A stretch of 64,000 bases of DNA from Patescibacteria group bacterium (GTDB taxonomy: Bacteria; Patescibacteriota; Gracilibacteria; UBA1369; PNNO01), in assembly GCA_042568575.1 (NCBI GenBank), contig JBHPIO010000003.1:63387-127386 (forward strand), given 5' to 3'. Position 1 is the stretch's first letter; each line of letters begins with the position of its first letter. Both the position numbers and the translations under genes were made by a program. Below, in pieces: positions 39,220 to 47,147 of this stretch. Below the pieces are notes generated by a model that saw nothing but the letters and a program-made list of their open reading frames with translations, ran no database searches and had not been told where the DNA came from.

Positions 39220-40401
39220 TCAAGCCTTCCGTAGTGTTTTTGATGTCTCTTTTGCAATTTGCATACCCTCATTTGTTTTGATTACAAAAACTTTCACTTT
39301 GCTACCAGCTTTATGAATCTTCTCTTTATTAGATTTGTTCTTTGCAATGTCTAGTTTTACGCCAAGATAACCTAAATACTTACAAATATCTCGTCTTAGA
39401 TACCAGGCATTTTGACCTATCCCTGCAGTAAAAGTTATCACATCAACGCCGTCCATAGATGCCGCAAAAGCACCAATTTGCATTGCGATTTTGTATGCCA
39501 GAAGCTCAAGAGTAAGGATCGCTTTCTTGTTTTTAAGTTTTGCTTTTTTAACAATGTCGCGGACGTCAGAACTAATTTGAGAAACTCCCAAAATCCCGGA
39601 TTTTTTATTCAAAAGTTCATCAACTTCGTCTGCAGTTAAGTTCTCCTTTTCCATTAGGAATAAAGGAATAGCCGGATCTATGCTTCCTGATCTTGTCCCC
39701 ATTGGAACGCCTTCAAGAGGAGTAAATCCCATACTTGTATCAACACATTTTCCGTTAACAATTGCGCTTAAACTCGAACCGTTTCCAAGATGACACGTAA
39801 TAATTTTGCCTTTTTTCTTTTTTAATAGTTTGTAGGTTTCCCCGGAAACATATTTGTGACTTGTTCCATGAAAACCGTATCGTCTAATCTTATGTTTTCT
39901 ATATAAATACCCTGGAATTGGATAATGATATGCTTTTTCGGGGATAGTTTGATGAAATGCTGTGTCGAAAACGGCAACATTTGGCACTTTAGGAAGCAGT
40001 TTTTCGCATGCCACAATCCCTTCAAGATTTGGTGGATTATGAAGAGGTGCAAGATCGAAAAGTTCCTTAATTGTGCTCTTAACCTTCGAATTTATGCGAA
40101 TTGCGTTCACATAAATTTCTCCTCCATGCACAACTCGATGTCCGATTGCCTTAATTTCATCCAGTGATTCAATTATTTTCTCGCTTACTAAAACTCTGAG
40201 CGCCTCCTTGAGTGCTTGCTCATGATTTTTAAAAACTATTTTCTGAAATATGTTCTTTTTTCCTGCGGTTGCTCTAAAAAAACAGCTCTTTTTTCCTATT
40301 CCGTCGGCAATTCCTCTATAAAGAGTATCGAATTCTTTTTTTGCATCAATCAATTGGAATTTTAATGATGATGACCCGGCATTAACGACAAGAATTTTCA
40401 T
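39220..40401 (-). CDS. ackA: Acetate kinase
   Basis: NAGSSSLK, GHRVVHGG, APLHNP, YGFHGTSH, HLGNGSS, FTAGIG. Confidence 0.97.
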   Translation of the reverse strand: MKILVVNAGSSSLKFQLIDAKKEFDTLYRGIADGIGKKSCFFRATAGKKNIFQKIVFKNHEQALKEALRVLVSEKIIESLDEIKAIGHRVVHGGEIYVNAIRINSKVKSTIKELFDLAPLHNPPNLEGIVACEKLLPKVPNVAVFDTAFHQTIPEKAYHYPIPGYLYRKHKIRRYGFHGTSHKYVSGETYKLLKKKKGKIITCHLGNGSSLSAIVNGKCVDTSMGFTPLEGVPMGTRSGSIDPAIPLFLMEKENLTADEVDELLNKKSGILGVSQISSDVRDIVKKAKLKNKKAILTLELLAYKIAMQIGAFAASMDGVDVITFTAGIGQNAWYLRRDICKYLGYLGVKLDIAKNKSNKEKIHKAGSKVKVFVIKTNEGMQIAKETSKTLRKA

Positions 40402-40403
40402 TT

Positions 40404-41423
40404 TTAACGCAGTTTAAATTTTTTAGAAGTTGAATAGTCAACTTCCTGTGCTTCGCAAGAAGTAAAGGCTGCTAAATTTACGATATCTTGATACGAACAT
40501 CCTCTCGAAAGATCATTCACAGGTTTTTTAAGTCCCTGAAGAATCGGACCAATGGCTTTTGCCTTCGCTAGTCGTTCTACAAGTTTATATGCAATGTTTC
40601 CCGCATTTAGATCGGGGAAAATCAGTATGTTTGCATCTCCAACGAGTTTAGATTTTGGGAATTTCCGCTTTGCCACATCTGGCACAAGCGCTGCATCTAC
40701 CTGCATTTCTCCCTCAACAATCAAATTTGGATCACGACTTTTAATTATCGCAGTCGCTTCTTTAATTTTGTCGACTTTTGGATGTCTTGCAGAGCCTGCA
40801 GTCGAGAATGAAAGCATTGCCACGCGAGGTTCCAATCGAAATCTGCGTGCCGTTTCTGCTGTATCTAGAGCGATGTCAGCGAGATCATGCGAATTAGGAT
40901 TGATTGTTACCGCAGTATCTGCGAAAAGCAGAAGTCTGTTTTCTAGAACCAGGAAGAATAATCCTGAAACTTTATGAAATTTTTTCTTAGTTTTAATGAT
41001 TTGCAGTGCAGGACGAATAGTTTCCGCGGTTGGATATGTTGTCCCGGAAACCATTCCATCGGCTTCACCAAGATGAACCATCATTGTTCCAAAATAGTTG
41101 AATTTCTTCATTGTTTCGAGTGCTTGTTCTTCCGTGATGCCTTTATGTTTCCTGAGTTTATAATATTCTTTTGCATATTCCTTTGTTTTTTTCGATGTCA
41201 AAGGATCAATGATTTCAACTTTGTCGAAGTTGATTTTTAGCTTTAGTTTGCGAGCTTTTTCTTTAATCTCATCAGGATTTCCAATCAAAATTGGTATCGC
41301 AGTTTGCTCTTTAAGGATCTTTGCAGTCGCTTTTAAAATACGTTCCTCAAAGCCTTCAGGAAAAACAACACGTTTTGGGTTTTGTTTCGCTATATCTTTT
41401 ACAAATCGTACGAATTTTTTCAT
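40404..41423 (-). CDS. pta: Phosphate acetyltransferase
   Basis: VFPEG, FADTAV, AMLSFST, GEMQVDAA, FPDLNAGNIAYK, PVNDLSRG. Confidence 0.96.
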   Translation of the reverse strand: MKKFVRFVKDIAKQNPKRVVFPEGFEERILKATAKILKEQTAIPILIGNPDEIKEKARKLKLKINFDKVEIIDPLTSKKTKEYAKEYYKLRKHKGITEEQALETMKKFNYFGTMMVHLGEADGMVSGTTYPTAETIRPALQIIKTKKKFHKVSGLFFLVLENRLLLFADTAVTINPNSHDLADIALDTAETARRFRLEPRVAMLSFSTAGSARHPKVDKIKEATAIIKSRDPNLIVEGEMQVDAALVPDVAKRKFPKSKLVGDANILIFPDLNAGNIAYKLVERLAKAKAIGPILQGLKKPVNDLSRGCSYQDIVNLAAFTSCEAQEVDYSTSKKFKLR

Positions 41424-41502
41424 AAAAATATTTGGTTTTTATACATTAATATATTATACCATCAAACCCCGTTTCTTACTACCTAAAGGCCATTGAAAGA
41501 AT

Positions 41503-41556
41503 TTGACGTATCGTAGGATTTGATGTTTCAATTATCCTCCAAGATGCTCTTTAACA
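41503..41556 (+). promoter_or_regulatory. Promoter with a perfect boxA antitermination motif
   Basis: TTGACG 41503, TGnTTCAAT 41524-41532, TGCTCTTTAACA 41545-41556 (identical to E. coli rrn boxA). Confidence 0.6.
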
Positions 41557-41663
41557 ATTTGGTATGCATGAAGCATAGAGTAATTTGTCGTATTGGTGTC
41601 CATTTATGATCCCGTTTTTGTGGAGCAAAGTGGACTGCTAAACGGCAGACCCCTCTTTGTTTC

Positions 41664-42221
41664 ATGCACATTTATCCAGAAAGAGAAGGTGACAGAATGA
41701 CTCAGCAAGCCAAAGAAACCCCGGAAGCACGGCCCAAGAAAAATTTGATACACGTGATTATGCTGGGGATTAGATTTTTGCGTATCATACCAAAAAGAGA
41801 ACACGGACTAATGAGTTCGACGAGTGAAGAAAAAACCTTCGAACCGATCCGAGAGTTCACGGGTTCAGACGCGGTACGTGAGGATCTTTTACGTTTTGCT
41901 AGGCTTCATGTGGTCAATGAGAAAGAAGGGCGGTTCTTTGATCTTGAAGACTTTGGTTGGGGGATGGGAGTGCCGCCCAACCCACAAATTCGCACGCGAT
42001 CATTTTTAGGATTTGTCCTCTGTGATGGGCGTCGTGGCGTTGTATCATGGGCTAATCAAGAGGTTATGTTGCTCGAGTATTCCAACTATCTTCCTACGGA
42101 TGCTCCTATTCATGACGGCTACTACGAGAAAACACCTGTTTTCGGAAAACGCGTTGAGTGGTTGAGCGAGTTTCTCGTTCAGTTGAGCGAGCTCGAGCCA
42201 GAGTCTCCCAACCCAGGTTGA
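41664..42221 (+). CDS. Hypothetical protein, paralog A (start uncertain: 41697 or 41811 also possible)
   Basis: Shares FFxxxDxGxGxxxP..FLxFVLxxGRxGVxxW..PxDxxIxD and terminal NPG with the next ORF. Confidence 0.7.
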   Translation: MHIYPEREGDRMTQQAKETPEARPKKNLIHVIMLGIRFLRIIPKREHGLMSSTSEEKTFEPIREFTGSDAVREDLLRFARLHVVNEKEGRFFDLEDFGWGMGVPPNPQIRTRSFLGFVLCDGRRGVVSWANQEVMLLEYSNYLPTDAPIHDGYYEKTPVFGKRVEWLSEFLVQLSELEPESPNPG

Positions 42222-42225
42222 AAAG

Positions 42226-42714
42226 ATGGGGAGGTTTGAAACAGATCGTGAAAAACGCGCAAGAATCGTAAATGGCAGATTGTTACAGGCGATTATGCTA
42301 ACGATTCGAGATCTGAGGCGAGTAAAGCACGAAAGGAGAAATAAGGAGCCAATCAAGAAATTCGCTGGTTCCAGAGAAAAAAAAGATCCACTCCTCGACC
42401 TTCTTTGGCTTAGTGGCATTCGACATGCTGAAGTAGTCAAATTTTTCAGCTTTTGTGATTATGGCTATGGAGTGGCAATACCGTTTCAAAAATTCTTGGC
42501 ATTTGTTCTCATTAACGGACGATGCGGAGTAATTCGGTGGTTATCCAAAGAGGAATGTTTGGTTGTTCACGAGATCAAGCGTGAAGCTATCCAGCCGGAT
42601 AGCACAATCGACGACTTTGCCCATGAAGCAATCAGTGCGTCGCGTACTGAGACTATTAAACTCCTTATGGAAGAGATTAATTCTTTTAATGGAGAGCTAG
42701 TCAATCCAGGATAA
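42226..42714 (+). CDS. Hypothetical protein, paralog B
   Basis: FFSFCDYGYGVAIP..FLAFVLINGRCGVIRW..PDSTIDD..NPG. Confidence 0.7.
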   Translation: MGRFETDREKRARIVNGRLLQAIMLTIRDLRRVKHERRNKEPIKKFAGSREKKDPLLDLLWLSGIRHAEVVKFFSFCDYGYGVAIPFQKFLAFVLINGRCGVIRWLSKEECLVVHEIKREAIQPDSTIDDFAHEAISASRTETIKLLMEEINSFNGELVNPG

Positions 42715-42803
42715 TATTTGTCGGAACAAATAAAGAGGGGTCCTGTGGCGGGTGGACATTCGTGCTTTCAAAAGTTCGTTTGATCTTCCCGCCCCCTCGC
42801 AAA

Positions 42804-43520
42804 TTATTTGCGAAGGAGTTTTCGGTATATCCTTCTAAATAGTTTTCTAAAGAATTCCGAGACAGCAAAGCGGATTGTCATTATGGAAAGCCTCACCATA
42901 TGCATTGGTTTTGTTTGTATTTCGAGTTTTTCTTGTTTTATTGAGTCGATAATCGCATCGGTAGTTTTTTCGTCTGCAAAAACGTACGAATATGTGTAAT
43001 CGAGAAATTTCAAAACATGATTGTCGCTAGTTCCAAGTAAAGGTAGATCCAATTCAGCTGCTTTTTGCACTGCTTTCTCATTAAACTTATAATTTTTTGT
43101 GTGAAAACTACTCCATTCGATCGCATCATAAAGATGTTGCGCTTTTTCGAAGTGCTCTCTTAGCGCGTATGGCATTGGGTGGAATGGATGAGGTGCAACA
43201 ATCAAACATTCCGGATGCGCTTTTTTGTATTCTTCAAGTTCAGCGAAGGATTCGATTTTTTCCGCTTCTTTTGCAGCATTCACAATCAAAATATGACGTC
43301 CAATTATTGTTTTTTCAATTCCAGGAATTAGAAGGATATTTTTTGAAGCTGCGTAATTCTCCAGTTCATCAGAAAAAACGAGTTTGTTGTGGCATGTGAT
43401 CGCCAAAACATCGTAATTATGATGAGCCGCTTTATCTATTAGTGCTTTTTCACTATGAACAATGCAATCATCTGGATCGCTTCTTGTGTGTGTATGTAGT
43501 TGTACCTTAAACTTGTGCAT
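42804..43520 (-). CDS. PHP-domain phosphoesterase
   Basis: LHTHT, LAITCHN, PGIE, HIL, APHPF, GTSDNH. Confidence 0.88.
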   Translation of the reverse strand: MHKFKVQLHTHTRSDPDDCIVHSEKALIDKAAHHNYDVLAITCHNKLVFSDELENYAASKNILLIPGIEKTIIGRHILIVNAAKEAEKIESFAELEEYKKAHPECLIVAPHPFHPMPYALREHFEKAQHLYDAIEWSSFHTKNYKFNEKAVQKAAELDLPLLGTSDNHVLKFLDYTYSYVFADEKTTDAIIDSIKQEKLEIQTKPMHMVRLSIMTIRFAVSEFFRKLFRRIYRKLLRK

Positions 43521-43523
43521 TGT

Positions 43524-43799
43524 TTATTGGAGCATTTCAGAGACACCGTCAGCTGCGTCTTTCATCTGTCCCGCAGTTTCAGAAATGTTATCTACTGTGT
43601 CTTTAACGTTATCAACAGTGTCTTGAACACCTTGAACCGTATTTTCAACATTTTCTTTGGCCTCAGTTACTCCATTTTTCAAATTATCGTACGAATTTAC
43701 CGCATCATTTGAAAGATCTTCAGCTTCTTTGCACCCCGAGAGTGAAATCAACATCACAAATGAGCACACAATAAGAAAAATACCTGCAAATTTTTTCAT
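43524..43799 (-). CDS. Small lipoprotein
   Basis: MKKFAG...LSGC lipobox followed by amphipathic repeats. Confidence 0.7.
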   Translation of the reverse strand: MKKFAGIFLIVCSFVMLISLSGCKEAEDLSNDAVNSYDNLKNGVTEAKENVENTVQGVQDTVDNVKDTVDNISETAGQMKDAADGVSEMLQ

Positions 43800-43806
43800 A
43801 ATGAGA

Positions 43807-44124
43807 TTATTTAGATTTTGAAGGTTTAAAAAGTTGTTTAAAGTCTCCATTAAATTCCGAAAGGAAGTCTCGCATGCTGTTAATATCTTCGTCGCTTATG
43901 CTGGAACCAATCTTATCTTGATTATCCATTCCGATATTTACCAAAATTGTATTGTGACAACTATGACAATCCAGTTGAAATACAGCTTCAGCAGGAAGTG
44001 TTGCAAGAATGCTCACATCGCGTTCAACAAAACGTTTTTTACAATGTGGACACTTTGTAACTTCTTTTAAATACTTAACCAGTTCTTTTAGGTCTTTATA
44101 ATTCATATCGTATTCGTTAGGCAA
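43807..44124 (-). CDS. Small Zn-ribbon hypothetical protein
   Basis: CPHC...CHSC; C-terminal FLSEFNGDFKQLF. Confidence 0.7.
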   Translation of the reverse strand: MPNEYDMNYKDLKELVKYLKEVTKCPHCKKRFVERDVSILATLPAEAVFQLDCHSCHNTILVNIGMDNQDKIGSSISDEDINSMRDFLSEFNGDFKQLFKPSKSK

Positions 44125-44140
44125 TTAGATAGTACCCTTA

Positions 44141-45727
44141 CTATTTAGCATTTTCAAGCTTATCTAGTGCCAATTTTGTGCGCTCCAGAAAGCTCTCTTT
44201 TCCAAGTACCCATGCAACTTCAAACACTCCCGGCGAGAATTTCTCTCCTGTTAAGGCGGCCCTGAGTGGCCAGAAAACTTGTCCGTTTTTTAATCCAAGT
44301 TTTTCTACAATTCCCATAAGAGTATCTTTAATTGCATTCATATCATTAAACGAATCAAAGTTTGAAAACGTTTCATGAATTTCCTTGAGAGATTTCGTAG
44401 CTGTTTCGTAATCAACCTTCATTTTTTCATGCGTGAGAAGTTCGAGTTCGTAATCAATCTCTTCGAAATAGAATTTTATGTGATTTTGTACTGTTTTTGG
44501 ATCGCGAAGAATTTTTTCTTCAATCGAAACTAATGCTTTTCGTAATTTTTCGTCATCACTTTTATATTTTTCGTCGATATACTCGCCGCAAATTTCTAAT
44601 AACATGTCGGTTCGTTCTTTTAAGAATTTTTCAGTGTTTTCTGAGGCGTCAAATTTATAAACGAACTCTCCTTTTTTAGGATTTTCGATAGTGACGTTTG
44701 CGTCTATTCCATGCGCTTTTTCGTCTAACGTAGTGTGGTGTTTTCGACGGTTCCATTGCCAGTTCACCCAATCCAGTTTTTCTATGTCAAAAATTGCTCC
44801 AGCTTTGTGAACTTTCTCCAAACTAAAGTGCTCAACAAGTTCTTCGAGAGTAAAAATTTCATTTTCTTCGCTGCCACCCGGATGCCATCCAAGAAACGCA
44901 ATAAAATTAGTGATCGCTTCTTTGCTGTATCCCTTTTTAATATATTCCTCAACAGAAACATCGCCCTGACGCTTACTCAACTTCGTTCTGTCTTTATTTA
45001 GAAGTAGGGGAATATGAGCAAATTCAGGTGGAGTCCACCCAAGCGCTTGGTATAGAAGTATATGTTTAGGTGTACTCGGCAGCCATTCCTCGCCGCGAAT
45101 AACGTGAGAAATTTCCATAAGATGATCATCCACAACATTTGCGAGGTGGTATGTCGGGAATCCGTCAGATTTTAGAAGAACCTGATCGTCGAGTGTCTTA
45201 GCGGCAAAACTAACTGTCCCGCGAATCAAATCTGTATATTTAACAACTTCCGCTGATGGCATTTTTTGCCTGACAACATATGGTGTGCCGGCGTCGAGAT
45301 TCCTTTGGATTTCGTCATCGGATAAGTAGAGGCAATGACGATCGTACATCGGTGCTTTCTTGCTTTTTTCTTGATGCTCGCGCATTTCGGTAAGTCTTTC
45401 CGCCGTGCAAAAACACCTGTATGCGTGTTTTTTTTCTAAAAGTTCGTCAGCGTACTTTGTATAAAGTTCATTTCGCTCCGATTGGACGTATGGCGCGTGC
45501 GGTCCCTCTTTATTTGGACCTTCATCGTAGTCGAGTCCAACCCATTCAAGCATTTCGATTAGGTGCTCTTTTGCTCCTTCAACGAATCGTTTTTGGTCGG
45601 TGTCTTCTATTCGGAGTAGAAATTGGCCGCCGTGTTTTCGGGCGTATAAATAGTTGTATAGGGCAGTTCGTAGTCCTCCTACATGCAAATATCCTGTTGG
45701 TGATGGGGCGAATCTGGTTCGTATCAT
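44141..45727 (-). CDS. gltX: Glutamate--tRNA ligase
   Basis: RFAPSPTGYLHVGG, LRIEDTD, YRCFC, IRGEEW, KLSKR. Confidence 0.97.
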   Translation of the reverse strand: MIRTRFAPSPTGYLHVGGLRTALYNYLYARKHGGQFLLRIEDTDQKRFVEGAKEHLIEMLEWVGLDYDEGPNKEGPHAPYVQSERNELYTKYADELLEKKHAYRCFCTAERLTEMREHQEKSKKAPMYDRHCLYLSDDEIQRNLDAGTPYVVRQKMPSAEVVKYTDLIRGTVSFAAKTLDDQVLLKSDGFPTYHLANVVDDHLMEISHVIRGEEWLPSTPKHILLYQALGWTPPEFAHIPLLLNKDRTKLSKRQGDVSVEEYIKKGYSKEAITNFIAFLGWHPGGSEENEIFTLEELVEHFSLEKVHKAGAIFDIEKLDWVNWQWNRRKHHTTLDEKAHGIDANVTIENPKKGEFVYKFDASENTEKFLKERTDMLLEICGEYIDEKYKSDDEKLRKALVSIEEKILRDPKTVQNHIKFYFEEIDYELELLTHEKMKVDYETATKSLKEIHETFSNFDSFNDMNAIKDTLMGIVEKLGLKNGQVFWPLRAALTGEKFSPGVFEVAWVLGKESFLERTKLALDKLENAK

Positions 45728-45805
45728 TGTTATTCGTTAGTGGTTTTCGCGGTTAATAATAGCAGGGTAGGGGTTGCGTGGGCAATAGGAGGTGGAAATT
45801 GTTGC

Positions 45806-45819
45806 TCCACCCAGGTGGA
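45806..45819. repeat. 14-bp palindrome TCCACCCAGGTGGA
   Basis: Identical copy at 59259-59272; variant at 56607-56620. Confidence 0.65.
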
Positions 45820-45854
45820 ATCTAAAAAGTTCATAAAACGTCCACAAAAAAAAC

Positions 45855-45952
45855 TTGACAAAACCGAAATAATAGTGCAATATGTTGTCCTCAAGCATGA
45901 AATGTGCTTTTTTGTTTAAAGGTATTGTTTCTCTTGAGTTTGATCTTTGACG
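45855..45952 (+). promoter_or_regulatory. Sigma70-type promoter followed by a hairpin and boxA-like motif
   Basis: TTGACA 45855, 17 bp, CAATAT; CTCAAG/CTTGAG stem 45890-45938; TGATCTTTGACG 45941-45952. Confidence 0.5.
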
Positions 45953-46587
45953 TTTTGCCAACACACTTTATTCATTCGTCTGGCTAAGTACCTGTTCTTT
46001 TATTCAAAATGATAGGTGCCTGGCCAGACGGATGATTTGCTATCCCGCGCATGCGGTCATGCCGTGTCAGGTTGCGCACGTATTATGTGCGCTTGCTCTT
46101 TGAAGCAGTAGGGGTTCGCAACCCCGCATAGCGCTTGGATTTTTTACCGGCTTAAACAACAACTCAAGCTGCCGGTCGAATTGTTAACCTAGCCCTATGT
46201 GTTACTTCTTTTCGGATTTTGCGAGATCCGACCGCTTATAATGCGGATTTGTTCCGGAAACACCGGACGTTGAGTTTGCCCCTTTTGAGGGGTGTGGATC
46301 AGGATTAGCCCTGGTCGCTGTAGAGTCCTTCTGTCGATTTTCGCGGGTGGAGCAGGGGGAGAGCAATTGTGTGTTGGGCGTCGTGGTCCCCCGGGGTCGT
46401 ATATCTAGAGATATTGCGGCTCGCGGGGGACATTATTTCCCCCCTTTCATCGGAGCACCCTGGCAATTAAGCCTCTGGGTAGTTACAAACCGATGATCCT
46501 CGCTAGTTGCCCTTTCCTGGGCACAATCGCCCCCCTTCGGGGCACTAAACCCCTCTCGTTGCTGCGGCACGAGGGGGGAATCTTTTT
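45890..46587 (+). ncRNA. Candidate large structured ncRNA B (family unknown)
   Basis: GC-rich, no credible ORF; run of more than a dozen stem-loops, e.g. 45972-45986/46021-46035, GGGGTT-CGC-AACCCC, ACCGGC/GCCGGT, TCGGATTT/AGATCCGA, TCATCGG/CCGATGA; ends in a hairpin plus U-tract. Confidence 0.7.
46550..46587 (+). terminator. Intrinsic terminator-like hairpin
   Basis: CCCCTCTCGT/ACGAGGGGGG followed by AATCTTTTT. Confidence 0.55.
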
Positions 46588-46651
46588 ATATGTTGATGTA
46601 TAAGTTGGAATTCTCTGTACAAAAAACCTTATAAAATAGCGAAATGTATTT

Positions 46652-46999
46652 TTAAGCAATCGTTTTTGCCAACTCACGTAATCTTCCGACCAATTCATTT
46701 AATTCAAGTCTAAGTTTTCCGTCTCTAGCAGTATCCTTCAGAGGGATACCATCCATTTTTCTCCAAATTCCTAAAAATTGCATTCCTTGTGGTGTTCTGT
46801 TTTCAAGATGTCTAATGATGTCGTCTGCGAAAATATCACCATCGGAACCAAGTAAAAGTGGAATACTATTGTTTTCTTCTCTTCTTAAAAATTCAACTAT
46901 TACTTCAATTGCCTCTTTATCATACATGTGTGCAACAGAAGCAACACCTTCTTCGGCTTTAAATTTCTGGTCGCCAGTTGGCTCCTCTTTAATAGCCAT
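46652..46999 (-). CDS. Hypothetical protein
   Basis: 115-aa ORF with AT-rich upstream region. Confidence 0.65.
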   Translation of the reverse strand: MAIKEEPTGDQKFKAEEGVASVAHMYDKEAIEVIVEFLRREENNSIPLLLGSDGDIFADDIIRHLENRTPQGMQFLGIWRKMDGIPLKDTARDGKLRLELNELVGRLRELAKTIA

Positions 47000-47147
47000 A
47001 ATTAGTTTTATTAAAAACTTGGATTTCAGTTTATCATATTTGAAATATTTGACGCAATCCCGAAATGTTTTTTCTTGTAAAAAGTTTGCATTTTTGTCTA
47101 TTTTATGGCTAAATTAAACCCGTAGACCTTAATAAATTCAACATATT

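Noticed and set aside
45737-45964. 75-aa minus-strand ORF (and 46483-46698)
   Set aside because: Both overlap promoter, hairpin or terminator sequence and have no protein-like motifs; likely spurious.
45960-46590. CRISPR or other repeat-spacer array
   Set aside because: The hairpins share no repeated primary sequence or fixed period, and there are no cas genes in the window.
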